Shown here: piece by piece, positions 13,511 through 25,622 of the stretch
Layout of the letters: every line of letters begins with the position of its first letter
Position numbering within the stretch: the first letter of the stretch is position 1
From: Octopus sinensis
Taxonomy: Eukaryota
Reading direction: 5' to 3'
DNA: 64,000 nucleotides
Assembly: GCF_006345805.1 (NCBI RefSeq)
Contig: NC_043002.1
Span: 90,644,001-90,708,000 of the forward strand
Position numbers and translations under genes: made by a program
The notes under the pieces: generated by a model
Seen by the model: only the letters and a program-made list of their open reading frames with translations
The model's database searches: none
Told to the model about the DNA's origin: nothing

Positions 13511-13830
13511 CTTTTGAGATTTAGTTAAGTTCTTCACAGAATGTAAGATGGCCGCTAACAAAGTGACAAGGCCCTTTTTGTTTAAGTCAAGAGATTCATG
13601 ATCATGTGAGCGAATTAGTGTGTGTGTGTATATATGTGTGTATATATGTGTATATATATATGTGTGTAGGGGAGTAAGGGAGTACATTTGTACTTGTTAA
13701 TTCATTCTAGCATGCCAAATGTTGGTTACTAGCCCTGGCACTTATCGAATGCAAGCATATTTTGTGAGATCTTGTGAAGTATTCTTTTGTTATTCTAGCT
13801 TCCTAGTTACAGTTTGAATGGATGTAATAT

Positions 13831-14168
13831 AGCTGAGTTGAAATTCCGCCGAGGTTAACTTTGCCTTTCATCCATTTGGGGTTGATAAATTAAGTACCAG
13901 TAGCATACTGGGGTTGATTTAATCAAGTGGCCCTCTCCCCCAAAATTTCGGGCATTGTGCCTAGAGTAGAAAAGAATTGATGTAATATTCTCACCAGGCG
14001 CAGGAGTAGTAGTTCAAATTCCGCCAAGGTCGACGTTGCCTTTCATCCTTTCAATGTCGATAAATTAAGTACCAGTTGCATACTGGGGTCAATGTAATCG
14101 ACTTAATCCTTTTGTCTGTCCTTGTTTGTCCCCTCTATGTTTAGCCCCTTGTGGCCAATAAAGAAATA
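13831..14168 (+). mobile_element. Two 5'-truncated SINE-B copies (tail 2 at 13831-13978; tail 1 at ~14010-14168)
   Basis: Shared core GACTTTGCCTTTCATCC..GATAAATTAAGTACCAG; the first copy has the TSD gatgtaatat. Confidence 0.8.
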
Positions 14169-14229
14169 TGGGACATTGAGCATGCTTTGGCAGCTTACTG
14201 CAATGAGGCAATGAGTCGTAGACAACATT

Positions 14230-14806
14230 TTGAGTAACACGGGCACTTCAGTAGTGGCAGAATACCCTTAGAAGATGATGAGGGATCTGGAAGATTTGCC
14301 ACAAACGTCACCCCGAGAAATGTGGTCTTGTACATTGAGAATTCTTCCCCAAGGGCCAGATCACCAATCGAGAGTCCTATTGCGTTTTGAAGCATTTGAG
14401 GCGGGGGGTGGAGCATGAAGTATTGGAATCTTCACAACGAAAATGCACCATCACTGAGCTCTTGTCACTCATGGGTTTCTCACCAAAAACAACATGGTAT
14501 CGCTTTTGCACCTGCCCTATTTGCCATATTTAGCACTTGCAGACTTCCATCTCTTCCCCTAAATGAAAATGCAGCTCAAAAGTTGCTGTTTTAACACCAT
14601 TTATTGAGATACAGAGCAAATCACAGAAGGTCCTTGACTTGGTTACAGAAATTAACTTCCAGGCTGGATTCCAAAAGAGGTAGAAATCCTGGGACAGGTG
14701 TATTGCTGTGCAAGGTGACTATTTCAAAGGAGAGGATGTTAAAACTTAGATAAGTTATTTCTTATTAAACATAACATATCCAGGAACTGTTTGATACCAC
14801 CTTGTA
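14230..14806 (+). mobile_element. Decayed mariner transposase fragment
   Basis: Peptides W-LHNENAP (cf. LHHDNAP) and HLPYLPYLALADFHLFP (cf. HPPYSPDLAPSDF.LF); TIR-like end CAGGAACTGTTTGATACCACCTTGTA. Confidence 0.7.
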
Positions 14807-15508
14807 TGTTTGTATCCAATTATAGATATATTCTCTAAATATATCACAGCGCTTTTATGTTTGTATGTTTGACTGCATGTATGCTTGTTTGCTAAGGAAA
14901 CATTCTACTCTACGTTTTTTGTTGTTCATTTTTTAAACTCTCTTCCTCATCCTCCTCACTCTCTCTCTCTCTCTTTGTCTTTCCTTCTCTTCTCTTTCTC
15001 TCTCTCTCTCCTTACTCTACAGCTGCACACTATATACTAAAAAGCATAGACTAATTCAATTATCATCGTAAATTTAGAATTATATAAACAGACTGATCGA
15101 TAATTTAACTTTTCACCTAATAAAGAAGTCTGCTGTCAAATCTAATGTCTAACAAAACATTACTCTGTGAGTGAGTGTGTGTGTGTGTGTGTGTGCGTGT
15201 GTGTGTGGGTGCATGCATGGATATGTGTGAATATGTATGCATTTGTGAATGTGTATGCCCACCCATATCCACTCTCTGTCTGGCACATACGCTCACACAT
15301 GCACACACACACACATACAAACTCAGGTAATTAGACTGATAAAGAGAGAGAGAAAGAGAGAGAGTTTGGGATATGCTGTGATTAAATAGTCAAGGTAGGC
15401 AACAGGCATTAATACAATAAATTATCAACAAATAGCCTTATCACTATGAAAAAAGTTTGTGCAAATATTTTGATAGCAAGAATTGTTTACTTACATGCAG
15501 CACATTCG

Positions 15509-15564
<56 letters not shown>

Positions 15565-15724
15565 TGCATACTCAAAGCTACATAAACAGTTGTGTTAATG
15601 TGTGCCTATGCATGCTTTTGTGTTTTATATTGAGACCCCAGGTATAGCAGACATACTAGATACTCTGAATGAACAGCTCATAAAATGTAACTCTGAGTAT
15701 CCATGGAGGGAATTATTATTATTG

Positions 15725-15900
15725 GTTTCAAATGATTTCAAAATTTGGAACAAGGCCAGCAATTTCGGGGGAGGGGGCTAAGTCAATTACATAGATCCCA
15801 ATGTTCAAACTAGAACTAATTTTAAAGAACGAAAGGCAAAGTCAACCTTGGCAGAATTTGAATTCAGAAAGTGAAGACAGGCAAAATGCCACTGCCAGCT
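15725..15900 (-). mobile_element. SINE family B, tail type 3 (also ~21150-21366 -, ~22100-22315 +, 34243-34457 -)
   Basis: B core joined to a CCCCGAAATTGCTGGCCTTGT(G/T)CCAAA..TTTGAAA tail; the 34243 copy has a ~17-bp TSD. Confidence 0.7.
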
Positions 15901-16190
15901 CACATACTTTAATTATGTTTGAATTGTGCTGTTTTCAAGATACTAAATCTTTTTAATAACTCAGATTACCTTGATTAACATAAATACTACAGGGAATAGA
16001 ATAACTCCTCTTCTATACTGTAAGTAGTGGCAGCATTATAAAATTGCTGAATGTTCTTCTTTGTTGACTGATTAACTCATCCTTCTTTCGGTGAATGAGA
16101 GAGAGGGGGAGGAAGAGGGAGAGGGGGGAAGAGGGAGTGGGGGAGGGGGAGAGAGAGCTACAGAAAGCAATGAAAGGAAGAAGAAACATT

Positions 16191-16590
16191 CATCATCATA
16201 ATTTAACATCCATTTTCCATGCTAGCATGGGTTGGACGGTTCGACCAGGGTCTGGTAAGCCATGGAGGCTGCACCAGGATCCAGTCTGATTTGGCGGTGT
16301 TTCTACAGCTGGATGCCCTTCCTAACGTCAACCACTCCGTGAGTGTAGTGGGTGTTTTTTTACATGCCACCAGCACAGGGGCCAGAGCAGGCTGGCAAAC
16401 AGCCATGATCAGTTGGTGCTTTTACGTGTCACCGACATGGACACCAGTCAGGTGACGCTAGTATCTGCCACATTCGGATGGTGCTTTTTACATGTCACCA
16501 GCACGGGTGTCTTAACTACAATTTCCATTAAAATTTTTATTTTGATGTTGACGTACTTGAATCAACAGGTCTCCTCAAGAACAGCGGGTC
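16191..16590 (-). mobile_element. RTE LINE 3' UTR copy
   Basis: Same 3' end as 29390-29560 and 48040-48431 (CCGTCCAACCCATGCTAGCATGGAAAA + TGA repeats). Confidence 0.8.
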
Positions 16591-16845
16591 ACTCTACATT
16601 ATTTTAGTATAAATGATTATATGGATTGAGAAACCGAGCAGCAACTGTATGGTTTATCAGATTATCATAGATAACCAATCCTTACTGTATTGAGTACTAT
16701 TTCTCTTGTTTTTACCTTCAGGAAACCTAAGTAGCTATTGACAAAAGCCCTTGCCTTTGAGTAGATGTACCAACTATGTATTAGGTACATTTTTTTTTTA
16801 CTTCTTGTTTGTAAACTTGAACTTTTACAGATATGTACATATATA

Positions 16846-17155
16846 TGTGGAGGCACAATGGCCCAGTGGTTAGGAGCAGCAGACTCACAGTTGTAGGATC
16901 ATGGTTTCAATTCCCAGACCGGGCATTGTGAATGTTTATTGAGTGAAAACACCCAAAGCTCCATGAGGCTTCGGCAGGGGGTGGTGGCGATCCCTGCTGT
17001 ACTCTTTCGCCACAACTTTCTCTCACTCTTCCCTCTGTTGGCCTGTTCTCTTAGCCAGTGGGGTGGCGTCATTTGAAGGCTAAAACAATGCGAAGTGCAT
17101 TGTGACCAGCGAGGTGTACCAACATCTGATAGCCTGGTCGGTCACGGTGATGGTA
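16846..17155 (+). mobile_element. SINE family C (tail x)
   Basis: tRNA-like head TGTGGAGGCACAATGGCCCAGTGGTTAG..GGTTTCAATTCCC; colinear with 52814-53098. Confidence 0.85.
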
Positions 17156-17437
17156 ACATATATACATATACATCATCATCATCATCATCATTTGACATTC
17201 CTTCTTCCATGATGACATGGGATGGATGGTACAATATGTACCAGTGAGTCAGAGTTCTGCACTGAGCTCCAATGTCTGCTTTGGCATAGTTTCTTTATTC
17301 TTTACTGCCCACAAGGGGCTACACACAGAGGGGACAAACAAGGACAGACAAACGGATTAAGTCGATTATATCGACCCCAGTGTGTAACTGGTACTTATTT
17401 AATCAACCCCTGAAAGGATGAAAGGCAAAGTTGACCT

Positions 17438-17476
<39 letters not shown>

Positions 17477-17831
17477 CAGTGGTACAATAATGCACCAGTA
17501 ATAATTTATATACATATATATACATATTGGATAAGTTGCTCTCAAGGCTCACATGATGCTATAAAGAGTAGCATGTAAACATTAGGCTGAAAACCCCTTT
17601 TACACAGAAAATAATCAATTACATCTTTTCAAGTTTCTGCCTGTCAAATTCATTCCTGAAATCTTGGTTGTCCTGGGAACTTTTGCCTAATAATATACCA
17701 TAAAGTAGGATTGAACCCAAAACCATATATTTCTTAACAACACAGTTATGACTGCACTTGTGTGTGAGTTGTGAGTGTGTGTGTGTGTGTATATGTATGT
17801 GTGTATGTGTATGTGTGTATATGTAAAACTT

Positions 17832-17881
<50 letters not shown>

Positions 17882-18784
17882 GTTTTATATCCTAGTATTT
17901 TCTAGTATGCAAGGGTGAGAAAGATATTTCTAGATAATTATGACATCTGTTGACTGCAAAAAAAAAAAAAATTACCAAACAGAAACAAAAAAACCTATCT
18001 TTTTCCTTTTTTGAAATGTGGGTCACATGTGGCATGTGATTGAACTATATGGTCCTATAGGCAATGTTTTTACATGGACAGCAAGAGAATATAGTATGTG
18101 TTGTGCGTGGGCACTGTAATAACATGGTATACTAGTAACAGCATTACTGTATTAACAGCAACATGTAGTGTAGTAACAACATGTACTGTAATAACATGTA
18201 CTTTCATAACAACAACTACTACTACTGCCACAACCACCACCACCATCACCAATAATAATAATAATATCAACTACTTAACAAGATTTACTGTGACTTGGAT
18301 TGCTAAAAGCAGCAACAAGCGAAAATCAACAACAAAAAAATCAAAACAAAAGAGTGGTGTGTAATTGATAACGCAAGTAAATGTAATGGAGTAAAAAGCA
18401 TCATATTCTATTTTATCTTGTCATGAGTTCAGCAAATTACAGCCTTAACTTTTGCTTTCTGATTTAATATTTTTAGAAAAATGAAAATAAATTTTGTTGA
18501 CATCATAAGAATTTATAAAACTTCAAAAGAACATGGAATAATTCTTTTTTTTTTTTTTTGGAACATTGGATCTTGAAGCAGATAAGCTATAAAAATAGCA
18601 CCCAATGGTAGAAAGTTTGTCTTGTTTACAAGAGATGTAGGTTTGTGTCCCACAGGCTTCCTCCAAAATTTTTCATCCAAAAGGTGTTTTTAATTTAAAC
18701 TAATATTTGTCAGCTAGTGTTTATAGCTTATCTGCTTCGAGATTCAAATTTACAAAAGAAAAAAAAAAAACCCCAAAAAACCAA

Positions 18785-19196
18785 TGCAAGTCTATATGGT
18801 AAGAAGCTTGCTCCCCAACCACATGGTTCTGGGTTCAGTCTCACTGCATAGCACCTTGGGCAATTGTCTTCTACTATAGCCTCGAGCTGATCAAAACCTT
18901 GTAAGTGGAACAGAAGAGGGGCAGAAACTGAAAGAAACCCATCATATATATATGTATATATTTATGTATGTGTGTCTTTGTGTCTGTGTTTGGTCCCCCA
19001 CGATCACCTGACAATCGATGTTGGTATGTTTACATCTCGTAATTTAGCAGTTTGGCAAATGAGACCAATAGAATAAGTAATAGGCATACAAAAAATAAGT
19101 CCGGGAATTTTTGGCTAAAACCCTTTAAGGCGGTGCTCCAGCATGGCTGCAGTCAAATGACTGAAACATGTAAAAGATTAAAAGAATAAAAAGAAT
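18785..19196 (+). mobile_element. SINE family A, older diverged copy
   Basis: Colinear with 19556-19958 with more substitutions. Other diverged copies at ~7990-8360, ~11990-12700, ~40525-40930, ~40970-41670 and ~56260-56865. Confidence 0.8.
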
Positions 19197-19555
19197 TAGA
19201 CACATTAAATATATTAAATATATTAAATGTAATAGTTTGAGTATGAAATGCAAAATATGTTCATAAATATACATGCAAAACGAGAGAAAACAAAAGGTGG
19301 AGACTTTCGCAACACCTGTCTGTGTTTGGATTGTCTTGCACAGGGGCTATCTGGACTCCCGTTTGTGCCATGAACAGGGATTAATCTTCTATCTTCGCTC
19401 AGTATATTGTGGGACTCTGTGACTGATGGGTACTTATATTTTTTAAGTTTTTAATTATTTCTGTGGTAAAATAAGTATTTTCAAATCAAAAAATTAATAA
19501 ATTAATAAATAAAAATACAGTACTGTACTGCTCTGTGTAACACATTAATTAAGGT

Positions 19556-19958
19556 ATGCGCAGGAGTGGCTGTGTGGTAAGTAGCTTGCTAACCAACCAC
19601 ATGGTTCCGGGTTCAGTCCCACTGCGTGGCATCTTGGGCAAGTGTCTTCTGCTATAGTCCCGGGCCGACCAATGCCTTGTGAGTGGATTTGGTAGACGGA
19701 AACTGAAAGAAGCCTGTTGTATATATGTATATATATATATGTATGTGTGTGTGTATCTGTGTTTGTCCCACTAGCATTGCTTGACAACCGATGCTGGTGT
19801 GTTTACGTCCCCATCACTTAGCGATTCGGCAAAAGAGACCGATAGAATAAGTACTGGGCTTACAAAGAATAAGTCCCGGGGTCGATTTGCTCGACTAAAG
19901 GCGGTGCTCCAGCATGGCCGCAGTCAAATGATTGAAACAAGTAAAAGAGTAAAAGAGT
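19556..19958 (+). mobile_element. SINE family A, full length, young
   Basis: GCGCAGGAGTGGCTGTGTGG (A-box-like), GGGTTCAGTCCC (B-box-like), tail GAAACAAGTAAAAGAGTAAAAGAG. Confidence 0.9.
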
Positions 19959-20373
19959 ATGTAATGTACCATAAATGAGTAAACGAAGAATCACACATAA
20001 TGTATGGAAAATGAAACTAGGGAGACAAGTGTGTGGTGTTGTCTTGCATTTATAATAAAATAAATATTTTCAAATTATAAAAATAATAAAAAATATATAC
20101 AGTACAGTACTGTTTCTGCTTCATGGATTTTCACCTGTCGCGGGGTTTTGGAATGTAACTCCTGGGATAGTCAGAGATTACTGTATAAATGATTATGCAC
20201 ACACACACATGGTAGAATTTCAGTTTCTCTTTGCTGAATTCACTTGTAGGGCTTCATATTAGGTGCTTATCCAAGGTGCTGCATAGTAGGACTGAACCCA
20301 AGACTACATGAATAGGAAGCAAGCTTCTTAACTACACAGCCATGTCCATCAAGTATTTCAATTCATTATGCTA

Positions 20374-20513
20374 TAAGGTTGTCCCAAAAGTTCGTAGAAA
20401 GTCTTGGAAAATAATGGTCTTTATTTTGAGGAATAATTTTTGTTGTTTTTGTTAGTACTTGGCGAGTAAAAATTCAATTTTCGCAAGTGTTTACGAACTT
20501 TTGGGACAACCTA
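20374..20513. mobile_element. Tc1/mariner MITE
   Basis: TIR AGGTTGTCCCAAAAGTTCGTA / TACGAACTTTTGGGACAACCT with TA flanks. Confidence 0.8.
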
Positions 20514-20778
20514 ATATATATGTGAAACCCTCCTACATTTGAATTTAATATGCGGAATATTCCCCAAAGATATTTTCCCTCAGCCATATTGTTATAATGA
20601 AAAATATTGCTTCCTCATTTTTCTTTGTTTTAGATAAATTTTGCCATTTGAAGGAACTCTGAACCTAACTCTAACTCACTTGAAATGTTGTATTTCGATT
20701 ATTTATTGTAAAGAGATTGCCTCTGCCCCATGGATAGTACTAAGTCAAAACACCCTCTTTATTGATGTTTGTGTTTAA

Positions 20779-20998
20779 CCCTTTTGTTACCAACCCGGGT
20801 GAAACCGGCTCTGGTTTTGAATACAAATATCCTGTTTTCAAAAGTTTTGAATTAAAATCTTCCACCAAACCTTAGTCACAATTTATGTTCCTAACACTAG
20901 CTGAATGATAACTAAGTTATTTTAATAAATTTTTTGTTATATTTAAAGTAATTGAAAGAAACACAGAGCATCTCAAAATAAATACAGTAATGTAAGGG
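20779..20998. mobile_element. piggyBac-like MITE (family 2)
   Basis: TTAA|CCCTT...AAGGG|TTAA with exact TTAA TSDs. Confidence 0.85.
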
Positions 20999-21363
20999 TT
21001 AAATGTGTGTGTGTGAAAACAATTTTTTTCAACAATGGATTTATTTTTTTAATCCTCAAAGGCTGGGTTGAGGGATGAAGCCAAATATTGTTCGACAATT
21101 TGTCCACTCTTCAACTATTTCTGATTCTCAGTCTTAATAATAACAACAATGATTTCAATTTTTGCCACAAGGGCAGCAATTGTTTGGGGAGGGAATGAAT
21201 TGATTACATTGACCCCATTGTTCAACCGGCACTTATTTTATCTACCCTGATGGGATGAAAAGTAAAGTCGACCTCGGCAGAATTTGAACTTAGAATATAA
21301 TAAAGGGCAAAATACCGCTAAGCATTTCATCTGGCACGCTAATGATTCTGCCAGCTCACCGCC

Positions 21364-21423
<60 letters not shown>

Positions 21424-21552
21424 TGTAAAATTTCTGTAGTAACATTGGCATCTCTCCTCCACCATGTTCTTCCATACTATGCTTTCTCTTCAGTGTCTTT
21501 CTCTACTCCTCTTTCATCATACATTTATTTCACACAGAGGATTATTATTATA

Positions 21553-21591
<39 letters not shown>

Positions 21592-22381
21592 TATTATTAT
21601 TATTAATGCATGTGAAAATAACACTGGGGTAAAAGATATAAAGCCCTGTATACCGATCATAACTACCCGTTTGATAAGGGTACATCAGGCACATGCATCA
21701 CAAACATATGTGTGCGACATGGTCATCTCATATCAAGATAAACAGCGCATGACTTTGCAAGTGGGGCCCAGTTAGAATTTTCTTCAGGTCAAGTAGCCTA
21801 TCCCGCTCAAAAAGTCCATGAATAAGGGTTGTTTAAGGATGCTGAATGAAAAACCCATGTCTCCAAGTGTGAATTATCCAAACTGCCCCAAAATTCCTTT
21901 CAACACATAGCTATGATGGTCCCCCACTACTTCTGTTCATGATCTTAGATGCACATATCGTCAGCCAGTAAGAGACATGCTCAACTAGTTAAGGTCAAGC
22001 AACTGACAAGCAAATCTGTGGTACTGAGCAGAATATTTATTGTAGCCCAGATTTTTGTTATTATCATCATTATCATCATTATTATTATTATTATTATATT
22101 AAAGTGGCAAGCTGGCTGAGCCATTAGCATCATGGATAAAATGCTTAGCAGCATTTCATGTGTCTTTATGTTCTGAGTCAAAAATTCTGTCAAGATTGAC
22201 TTTGCCTTTCATCCTTTTGGGGCTGACAATGTATGTACCAGTTCAGTACTTGGATCAATATAATTGACTTAACCTGCCCTCGAAATGGTTGGCCTTGGGC
22301 CAAAATTTGAAACCGCCACCACCATCGTCATCATCATCATCATCGTCATCGTCATCGTCATCGTCATTGTTGTTGTTGTTA

Positions 22382-22433
<52 letters not shown>

Positions 22434-23344
22434 TTATTTATTTGTTCATTCATTCTTTGAACAGGCAGAGTATTGAAGAGGAAAAATACTTAGCTCTTTT
22501 CCTCGTGTCTTTAAATTACCAGCTTCGATCAGCTTTCAAAGAAGCACAAAGTAACAAAACTGTAAAAAGCCAAATCAAAATTAAAAAGAAAACAAACAAA
22601 AATAAAAGAAACAAAAAAGATCATATTAATGATTCTTAAAATTGGCCCGAAGCCTGAGGGGCCAACATGCAATCCCTTTGGTGACATTGATTTTTCTCAA
22701 CTCCACAAGTAGGAGCCCAGTAAAGCATAGATTTAGGCATTTCATCTCTCAAAATAATAATGGTTTCTTTTGATGGCAAAATGGAATTCATTTGACTTGA
22801 AACATGTCACAGTTATATAGGATAATTGATTTAGTCAATTAAATCAATCAAACCCAGTATTGTTTCATTGAACTTTATGGGCTGAAAGGTGAAGTCAATA
22901 CTACCGATAAAAGGAAATTGGAATTGTGAAAAACCAAACTAGATTCTGTAATATATTTATCATTTATAGCAACTTTCTCATTATACTGTCGGCATTGTTG
23001 TCGTCGTCATCATCACCATCACCATCACCATGAACATCACCACAAACATCATCGTCATCATCATCATCATCATCACCATCATCATCATCGTCATCATTCT
23101 TTTTTGTTTATTAGCTGCAAAGATTTGAAGAGGTCCCAAAAAATAAGGAAACTTGCTGTAAGGCTTACAAAAAAAAAATGATCAAAAACGAAACATGTTT
23201 ACAAATACAAAGAGAGGGGTAAGAGATGTAATACAATATATGGAAGGATGTGTTATGAATTTTCAAGGTAAGCATGCACCACACACGCACAAACACAAAA
23301 CATATATGCACACACACACGTGTGTGTGTATATAAATGTCTGTG

Positions 23345-23375
<31 letters not shown>

Positions 23376-23402
23376 GCATGTGTGTGTGTAAATATGTATA
23401 TA

Positions 23403-23669
23403 TATAAAAGTAAATAAATGGTACAACAAGGCACCGATATTTACTGGAAAATAGCAATCATAATAAATACGATACTATTGTATAGCTCACTGCTTATATA
23501 CTAGCAAAGACGCGTGTGTGCAACAAACATGAAAAAAATTTGACTTACCTCTAGGAAGAACAACTGAAAAATGGACAACCTAGAATCGGATAATGCAGGA
23601 CTGGTTTCTGACTCTTCAAATACGTTTGACAACGTAAATTTGATTAGTCTTCATCAGCTGCATTTACCT
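23403..23669 (-). mobile_element. Hammerhead-bearing short element (probable Penelope-like pLTR or non-LTR retrozyme monomer)
   Basis: Non-repetitive ~270-bp block between two (TA)-rich microsatellites; ribozyme followed by a GAG|GTAAGT donor (23548) and a TTTTCCAG acceptor (23444). Confidence 0.55.
23592..23664 (-). ncRNA. Type I hammerhead ribozyme (minimal stem III), Penelope/retrozyme-like
   Basis: Minus strand: AATGCAG-CTGATGA-A[GACT..TCAAAT..ACGTT GTCA AACGT ATTTGA..AGTC]A-GAAAC-CA-GTC-CTGCATT. It has a 7-bp stem I, an intact CUGAUGA/GAAA core, an extended stem II and a GUC cleavage triplet at 23601-23599. Confidence 0.72.
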
Positions 23670-23693
23670 ATATATGTATATATCTATATATCT

Positions 23694-23724
<31 letters not shown>

Positions 23725-23940
23725 TATATATATATATTTACTACTACCACATCTAGACCCGCGCTGTTGCTGCTAGATACATACAAACTTCTCAGGCTCA
23801 CAATGGGGTAGTACTTTCACAATGGTTCATAGATCTCACATCCAGAACCATGCTGTTGCTGCTACACACACACAGAAGCATCTCAGACCTACAGTGAAGT
23901 ACTGGTCCAACGTGTAGGACAATATTGTTGCTATATACAT

Positions 23941-24113
23941 AAGGTGGCGAGCTGGCAGAATCGTTCCACCGAGGTCGACTTTGCCTTTCATCCTTCCGGG
24001 GTCGATAAATTAAGTATCAGTTACGCACTGGGGTCAATGTAATCGACTTAATCCTTTCGTCTGTCCTTGTTTGTCCCCTCTATGTTTAGCCCCTTGTCGG
24101 TAATAAAGAAATA
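23941..24113 (+). mobile_element. SINE family B (tail 1), internally deleted
   Basis: AAGGTGGCGAGCTGGCAGAATCG head joined directly to the core; atatacat on both flanks. Confidence 0.8.
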
Positions 24114-24431
24114 TATATACATGCAGACACCTCAAAACTACAATGTAGTGTTGTTCCCACATTTAGACTAATATTACTATTTCATCTGTCCTTACTGTTT
24201 AGTCTGCCAGTAATATTTAGTTTCACATTGCCATGGTAGATTCTTGCTACCAGTTTGACTATTGGTTCTCAACCAGAGTACAGTAAAATTTTTTGTATAT
24301 ACAGTGAATGGCTGTGGAGGTCCAGTAGAGTAAAATAAGAACAAAAGTATTGAAAGGCAAAAAAGGTGGGTGAACCACTAATTTAGACTTTCACTGCCAT
24401 TTAGTAGACTATTACTAACTTGTCTTGTTAA

Positions 24432-24765
24432 GTTGCATGACTTAGTGGTTAGAGCATTGGGCTCACAATCATAAAGTAGTGAGTTTCATTCCTGGACCGG
24501 GCTGTGTGTTGTGTTCTTGAGCAAGTCACTTTATTTCATGTTGCTTCAGTTCACTCAGCTGTAGAAATGAGTTGCGATGTCTCACTGGTGCCAAGCTGTA
24601 TCAACCTCTGTCTTTCCCTTGGATAACATCAGTAGCATAGAGTGGTATGCTGGTATGCATGGGTGACTGCTGGTCTTCCACACACATGCTTGCCTGGACT
24701 TGTGCCTCGGAGAGAAACTTTCTCGACGTGATCCTATGGTCATTGATGACCAAAAGGGGTCTTTA
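24432..24765 (+). mobile_element. SINE family D (also 42415-42712 -, 55900-56238 +, 59901-60237 +, 62930-63232 +)
   Basis: tRNA-like head AGTGGTTAGAG..GAGTTC(A/G)ATTCC, core TCTTGAGCAAGACACTTTATTTCAC, tail ATGACCGAAGGGGGTCTTTA; five colinear copies. Confidence 0.85.
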
Positions 24766-24879
24766 CTTACTTACCTTTTACTATTTTGTCTCACTACCAC
24801 TTACTCGCATTGCCACTTGTGCTCTGACTGCCATTTTGTCTTTCCTGCTATTTCCTTCGCCCTGTGTATTGATATCAGT

Positions 24880-25160
24880 CTCTTTGACAAGATCAGGAGT
24901 GAAGAGATGCTATGGTGTGCTCGCCTGCCTCCTATGATGGAAATCCTCATTGATAGAAATTTATGTTGGTTGGACCACAACATACTCCTCAGACAAATCC
25001 TTTACTCCCAATTATGCAAGTGGGAAAAAAATCATGGAAGACCTAAACTGAGATTCAAAGATGCTGCAAAAAAGAAACATGAAGTGGAAAGGAACTGATC
25101 ATAATAAATGGCAAACTGAAGTGAAAATGTGACAAGTATGGAGAAAGCTTGTCGATCCAT
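24880..25160 (+). mobile_element. Decayed RTE-type LINE ORF C-terminal fragment
   Basis: RQILYSQL..KNHGRPKLRFKD peptide. Confidence 0.55.
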
Positions 25161-25416
25161 GCCAAAGCCATGGACCATCATAGTTGCAGCAACTGACTGC
25201 AGATAATATTGATCAAAGGCTACAAACTGTGCTGACAATATTGTCAGTTATATTTACCCCAGTACATAACTGATACTTTGTTGACACCAGAATAAAAAAA
25301 ATAAATTTGATTTACCTCACAATAAAGAGTCACATGAGTATATGCTGCAAAAAATTCTCTATGACCGCTAATGATTCTGCTAATCTTATCTATGTCCTTC
25401 TTATATTTTAATAATT

Positions 25417-25622
25417 CTTTCTACTAAAGGCCTGAAATTTTGGGGAGGAAGCATAAGTCAATTTTATCGACCACAGTGTTTCACTGGTACTTAATTTATC
25501 GACCCCAAAAGGATGACAGATAAAGTAGAACTCAGTGGAATTTGAACTCAGAACATAAGGATGGATGAAAGGTTGCTAAGCATTTGCCCAACATGTTAAC
25601 GATTCTGCCAGCTCTCTACCTT
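25417..25622 (-). mobile_element. SINE family B (tail 2-like), diverged
   Basis: B head and core on the minus strand. Confidence 0.7.

Noticed and set aside
19781-19978. Recurrent ORF MTTDAGVFTSPSLS.. seen at several loci
   Set aside because: Translation of SINE-A, not a gene family.
23571-23756. 61-aa plus-strand ORF MDNLESDN..
   Set aside because: Antisense of the hammerhead, running into a microsatellite; no coding support.
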